A stretch of 64,000 bases of DNA, from contig CAWFGG010000002.1 in NCBI GenBank assembly GCA_963815325.1, forward strand, positions 709,472 to 773,471, in the 5' to 3' direction. This document shows positions 60,516 to 64,000 of this stretch, one piece after another. Under the pieces are notes generated by a model. That model ran no database searches. It saw only the letters and a list, made by a program, of their open reading frames with translations, and had not been told where the DNA came from. Source of the DNA: an uncultured Gemmatimonadales bacterium (GTDB lineage Bacteria; Gemmatimonadota; Gemmatimonadetes; Gemmatimonadales; GWC2-71-9). Numbering within the stretch: position 1 is the stretch's first letter; each line of letters starts with the position of its first letter. A program made the position numbers and the translations under genes.

Positions 60516-63326
60516 TCACCGGCCGATAGACGCCGGGTCGCTTTCGAGCGCGATCTCCACGGTAACGATGCGATGCGGCGCGACCGTCACCCGGAGTCGC
60601 CTGCCCTCCGCAACGAGCTCCTCCTGGCGCGCCTCGAGAAGATCCACCATCCACGCTCCCACGATGTTCTGCCCAAGGGTAAGCGTTTCTTCGACAGGGT
60701 CTGCCGTGAGATTGTAGAGCCGGACGACCAACGAGTCGCGGGCCGCGTGCTGTTTCACGGCACTGATGGCCGTCGACGCGGATGCTTTCCGTAGGAAACT
60801 CACCCCGCCCGCGATGGCGTTGTCGGCAACGCCCTGGACCACGAGCACCGGGGTGCGCCAGCCCGCGGCCATGCCTTTGATATCCGCACTGATGCAGTCA
60901 CCTGCAAAGGGCACCACGGCGTAACGGAACCGGTGTCGGCCGAGGCACTGCGCATCCGGCGTCGCGAGCGTCGGGCCGGCGTTCGCGAAGTTTCGCGTAG
61001 GGAAGTCGTCCCTCGAAAGCCACCCGACAGCCCGCAGCAGTGTCAATACCAGGACGACCCCCGAAGCCGGTGGCGTTGCTTCAACCGCCTGGATCTCCGG
61101 GAGGCCCCGGTTGAGCACCGCCAAGCCGCGTCCTTGCCCCTCCACCAACGAGAAGTCCTGCTGAGGATAAGTCCCCGGTGGCGGCTGGGCCCAACCGGCT
61201 CCGTCGGGCTGCTCAACCGGGCGTCGGTTCAAATAGAAGTGGCCGTCCGAGACGACCGTGTCACTTTCGATTCCGGTGGGAAAGGCGAGCCGAAGCCGGT
61301 GGTCTTCGGCTCGATTCTCGATGGTCGTCTCGACGTCGACGAGCGGACTGCCGCGTGTCAGCCGCACGCGGGTGGTGACCAAACAGGCGACACGTTCCTC
61401 GCTTCTCCGGCGACGATCCGCCTGGATACGCGCCGGCAGCATCAACTCGAAGATCGTCTCCACGGCCCCTGCGAGACCGGTGGCCTCGACGATCGTCGTC
61501 TGCCCGCTCAGGCTTTCCGCGGTGACCGTCTCCGACTGCTCGGACGGCGAATAGTCGTACTCGTCGCCGACGTCCTCGGTGTCCTCCAGGAGGTTGAGCC
61601 CGCTGTAGCGATGCCCGGTGACCTTGTCGACCAGATCGAACGTCCCGTTCGGATAGAGGCGAAGCGCACAGCATTCGTTTTCGATCGTCTCGTTGGTGAC
61701 GGTCACGCCACCAGCGAGCGGCGCGGGTCCATCCGCTGTCGTGGTCTCCCGCAACGCGAAGGTGGCGTGCCCCAGAGCCGGAAGATCCTCCGCCAAGAAC
61801 TGGATCGTCAGGAAGCAATCGGTGGCGGGGGTTTGCTGTGACTCCTTCCGCATGCGGTCGGGAAACCGGTCACGACAGACCCTGAATTGCTCGCGCTGGT
61901 CGCCGAACCAGAGCTGGGTGCGATAGTCGATGCCCCAAAACCGTTCCATGAAACGTGTTTCAACCACTACGAACGGAACCCGTCGCCCGGCTTCATCGAA
62001 CAGGCCGAGCCGTTCGATGTCGTAGCCCAGCGGCTGCAACACGACGAGCCGGTCGACGACCTGCGTCCGGCCCGCTGGCAGGGCATTGGCCACGCAAAGG
62101 ACCGTATCCCGATCCGCTGCGGCATGGCGCCCGAACGAGGGGGCCAACCGTGTCAGCTGGGTTCTGAGCTCTTGTTCCGCGGTCTGGATGACGCCGTCGA
62201 ACCGCGGGCCCATGTCACGATGGACCTCGTCGGTGCTGCAGCCACAAATGGAATCGTGCGGGTGGTTCTGGAGCAGGAGCCTCCAGGCGTACCCGGCCAG
62301 CCCCGCGGGATATGGCAGGCCAAGGACGAAGTGCCCATAGGACGACCACGGCTCCAGGTACTGGGTCAGCATGGCCTGGGCGGCGTCGTTCTGCTGCTTC
62401 AAGTACATCCGGGCGGACCAGACCCCCGACAGGATGAAGTGGAGCCTGCCCTGAACCAGCTCGCCCGCGTAGCGGTGGGTCACGAAGCCGGCGGATCGGA
62501 CGGCCTCGAGGTAATCGGCCAAACTCGCATGCCGGAACGCCGTACCCGGAAAGGCCTGGCGCAACGCGTCGAGGATCGGCCCGAGTTTCGGCTGCGGCGG
62601 ATAGTGATCGCAGCCATTGTTCACGAGGTAGATATCGCCCGCTGAACGCACGGCGAGCGCGTCGAACAACTTCCGGACTTGGTGCACCGCCAGGGCCGGA
62701 TCCACCTCGCGCTCTGTGTGGGCGTGCCATCCCTCTTCGAGACCGAGTGCTCCGGCATTGCAGTAGCCGCCGCATTGGTTGATGGCCAGCACCTCGCTTC
62801 CGTCCGGCGCTTCCCACCAATACTCGTGTCCCAGGTCGTCGATCTCCGCCCCGTTGCCCCGCGTGTAAATGAAGGAATCGATACCAGCCTGCCTCAGGAT
62901 CTGCGGCATCTGCGCGATATGGCCGAAGGAGTCCGGCATATAGCCGACCTTCTGCACCGGCCCGACCCTCGCGCCGGCAGCATGGCCCAGCATGAGGTTC
63001 CGGACCGTCGCCTCCGCGCTCACCAAGAATTCATCGGGCAGGATGTACCACGGGCCGATGGAGAGGGCTCCCCGGCGCACGAGCGCCGCAATTCGCGACT
63101 CGTCTTCCGGACGGACTTGGAGATAGTCATCCAGCAGGATCGACTGACCGTCCAGCAGGAAATGCTCGAAGGCGTCATCACGTTCCAGCCGCTCCAGCAC
63201 CTCCTGGACGACGTTCACCAGCATGCCGCGGAAGCGATGAAAGGTCAGGTACCACTCGCGGTCCCAATGGGTGTGGGACACCACGTAGGCGGCCTTCGGG
63301 GCGGGGCTCACGGATTCCTCACGCAT
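60516..63326 (-). CDS. GH38 alpha-mannosidase (cytoplasmic, mannosylglycerate-hydrolase-like)
   Basis: 'VVSHTHWDREWY', 'GPWYILPDEFL', 'GYMPDSFGH'. ATG 63326 inside track ORF 60516-63392. Confidence 0.85.
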   Translation of the reverse strand: MREESVSPAPKAAYVVSHTHWDREWYLTFHRFRGMLVNVVQEVLERLERDDAFEHFLLDGQSILLDDYLQVRPEDESRIAALVRRGALSIGPWYILPDEFLVSAEATVRNLMLGHAAGARVGPVQKVGYMPDSFGHIAQMPQILRQAGIDSFIYTRGNGAEIDDLGHEYWWEAPDGSEVLAINQCGGYCNAGALGLEEGWHAHTEREVDPALAVHQVRKLFDALAVRSAGDIYLVNNGCDHYPPQPKLGPILDALRQAFPGTAFRHASLADYLEAVRSAGFVTHRYAGELVQGRLHFILSGVWSARMYLKQQNDAAQAMLTQYLEPWSSYGHFVLGLPYPAGLAGYAWRLLLQNHPHDSICGCSTDEVHRDMGPRFDGVIQTAEQELRTQLTRLAPSFGRHAAADRDTVLCVANALPAGRTQVVDRLVVLQPLGYDIERLGLFDEAGRRVPFVVVETRFMERFWGIDYRTQLWFGDQREQFRVCRDRFPDRMRKESQQTPATDCFLTIQFLAEDLPALGHATFALRETTTADGPAPLAGGVTVTNETIENECCALRLYPNGTFDLVDKVTGHRYSGLNLLEDTEDVGDEYDYSPSEQSETVTAESLSGQTTIVEATGLAGAVETIFELMLPARIQADRRRRSEERVACLVTTRVRLTRGSPLVDVETTIENRAEDHRLRLAFPTGIESDTVVSDGHFYLNRRPVEQPDGAGWAQPPPGTYPQQDFSLVEGQGRGLAVLNRGLPEIQAVEATPPASGVVLVLTLLRAVGWLSRDDFPTRNFANAGPTLATPDAQCLGRHRFRYAVVPFAGDCISADIKGMAAGWRTPVLVVQGVADNAIAGGVSFLRKASASTAISAVKQHAARDSLVVRLYNLTADPVEETLTLGQNIVGAWMVDLLEARQEELVAEGRRLRVTVAPHRIVTVEIALESDPASIGR

Positions 63327-64000
63327 GGCAGGACGCGAGCAGGTCGCGAATGGTCGTGGTGGCAAGCCCGACACAGGTATCGGCCGCGCCATAGTACACC
63401 AACACCAGACTGTCAGGCTCGGCGAAGCCTGCCTCGTCGTACCGCTCGACGATCATGCCGCTGGGAAAGACGACGTTGGGCACCTGCCCCACCAACTCAT
63501 AGAGCTCCCGCGGCTCCAGAATGTTGTTCCGGCTCCGCGCAAGTACCCGGGACGGATCGTCGAGGTCCAGGAGGGCGACGCCGGCCTGGTAGATGTTGCA
63601 GCTTCCGAAATGCGTGGCGATCCCGTGGTACAGATGGAGCCAGCCCTGTTTGGTCTTGACGGGTGGCGGACCGGACCCGATGCGCTCGTCCCAGTACTGC
63701 GGGCGCCCTCGCATCACCCCACGGACCGCGGTCCAGTCCACCAAGTCGGTCGACTCGGATAGCCGGATCTCGTCTCCCGACGTCGGCCCGCCCGGGAGGG
63801 ACACCCGGTTGGGACGGTCGAGTCGCACATACTTCCCGCCGATGCGCTCCGGAAACAGCACGCCGTTCCGAATGTCCGGCTCGGCGCCGAAGCCCAGGAA
63901 GTCGAACCGCTCGAACGTCTCCGTGCGCGCCACGCCAAGCCGGCATCCGTCGTCGGTGTCGGCCGCGAACATCACGACGTAGGCGCCGTCGATCTCCGTG
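63319..64000 (-). CDS. GH130-family beta-mannoside phosphorylase/hydrolase, 5' end outside the window
   Basis: 'NGVLFPERIGGKYVRLDRP', 'GWLHLYHG', 'LVLVYYGAADTCVGLA'. The frame continues to the window edge. Confidence 0.75.
   Translation of the reverse strand, partial: TEIDGAYVVMFAADTDDGCRLGVARTETFERFDFLGFGAEPDIRNGVLFPERIGGKYVRLDRPNRVSLPGGPTSGDEIRLSESTDLVDWTAVRGVMRGRPQYWDERIGSGPPPVKTKQGWLHLYHGIATHFGSCNIYQAGVALLDLDDPSRVLARSRNNILEPRELYELVGQVPNVVFPSGMIVERYDEAGFAEPDSLVLVYYGAADTCVGLATTTIRDLLASCHA

Noticed and set aside
1-64000. Prophage, integron, transposon, toxin-antitoxin or recognised defence-system genes (restriction-modification, Cas, reverse transcriptase, Abi-type).
   Set aside because: No integrase, transposase, recombinase, RT, capsid, terminase or typical TA or defence signatures were seen in any frame. 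The only nuclease-family gene is the small UPF0213-type GIY-YIG.

Overview
High-GC bacterial chromosomal segment. The gene content (many lipoproteins, beta-propeller lipoproteins, ECF sigma/anti-sigma pairs, BTAD-TPR regulator) suggests a Gram-negative soil lineage such as Gemmatimonadota or Acidobacteriota, but that is inference only. I count about 60 protein-coding genes. By eye I found no rRNA, tRNA, CRISPR array, transposase, integrase or phage genes.

Recognisable housekeeping and metabolic genes:
- lgt, an MDR-family dehydrogenase, icd and a DASS/SLC13 transporter
- an ergothioneine set, egtB-egtD-egtA
- a Tat-signal TldD plus PmbA pair
- ADP-forming acetyl-CoA synthetase, an MscS-family channel and a rhomboid protease
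- a PqqB-like MBL hydrolase and a CMP/dCMP-type deaminase
- an SQR/TusE(DsrC)/DsrE sulfur operon
- a Ser/Thr kinase and a HAD hydrolase
- GH38 and GH130 mannoside enzymes

Most interesting loci:
1. A tightly coupled four-gene amidoligase cassette on the minus strand (C39-like peptidase, RimK-like ATP-grasp, GCS2 ligase, FGase-fold amidohydrolase). It is bracketed by two same-orientation copies of a 141-bp hairpin-forming MITE-like element and by heptamer microsatellites. Its two distal genes are frameshifted.
2. A secreted VIT-vWA protein translationally coupled to an ECF sigma factor, followed by three tandem paralogous zf-HC2 anti-sigma-like membrane proteins.
3. A second sigma/anti-sigma operon carrying a mini-secretin-like lipoprotein.
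4. A 535-nt non-coding region with a 14-nt extended Shine-Dalgarno, a 20-codon CxxC mini-ORF and a strong hairpin.

Single-base frame disruptions also occur in an MscS gene and possibly in egtA. Assembly indels and real pseudogenes cannot be told apart from the sequence alone. Many long ORFs in the six-frame track are high-GC shadow frames and are not reported as genes.
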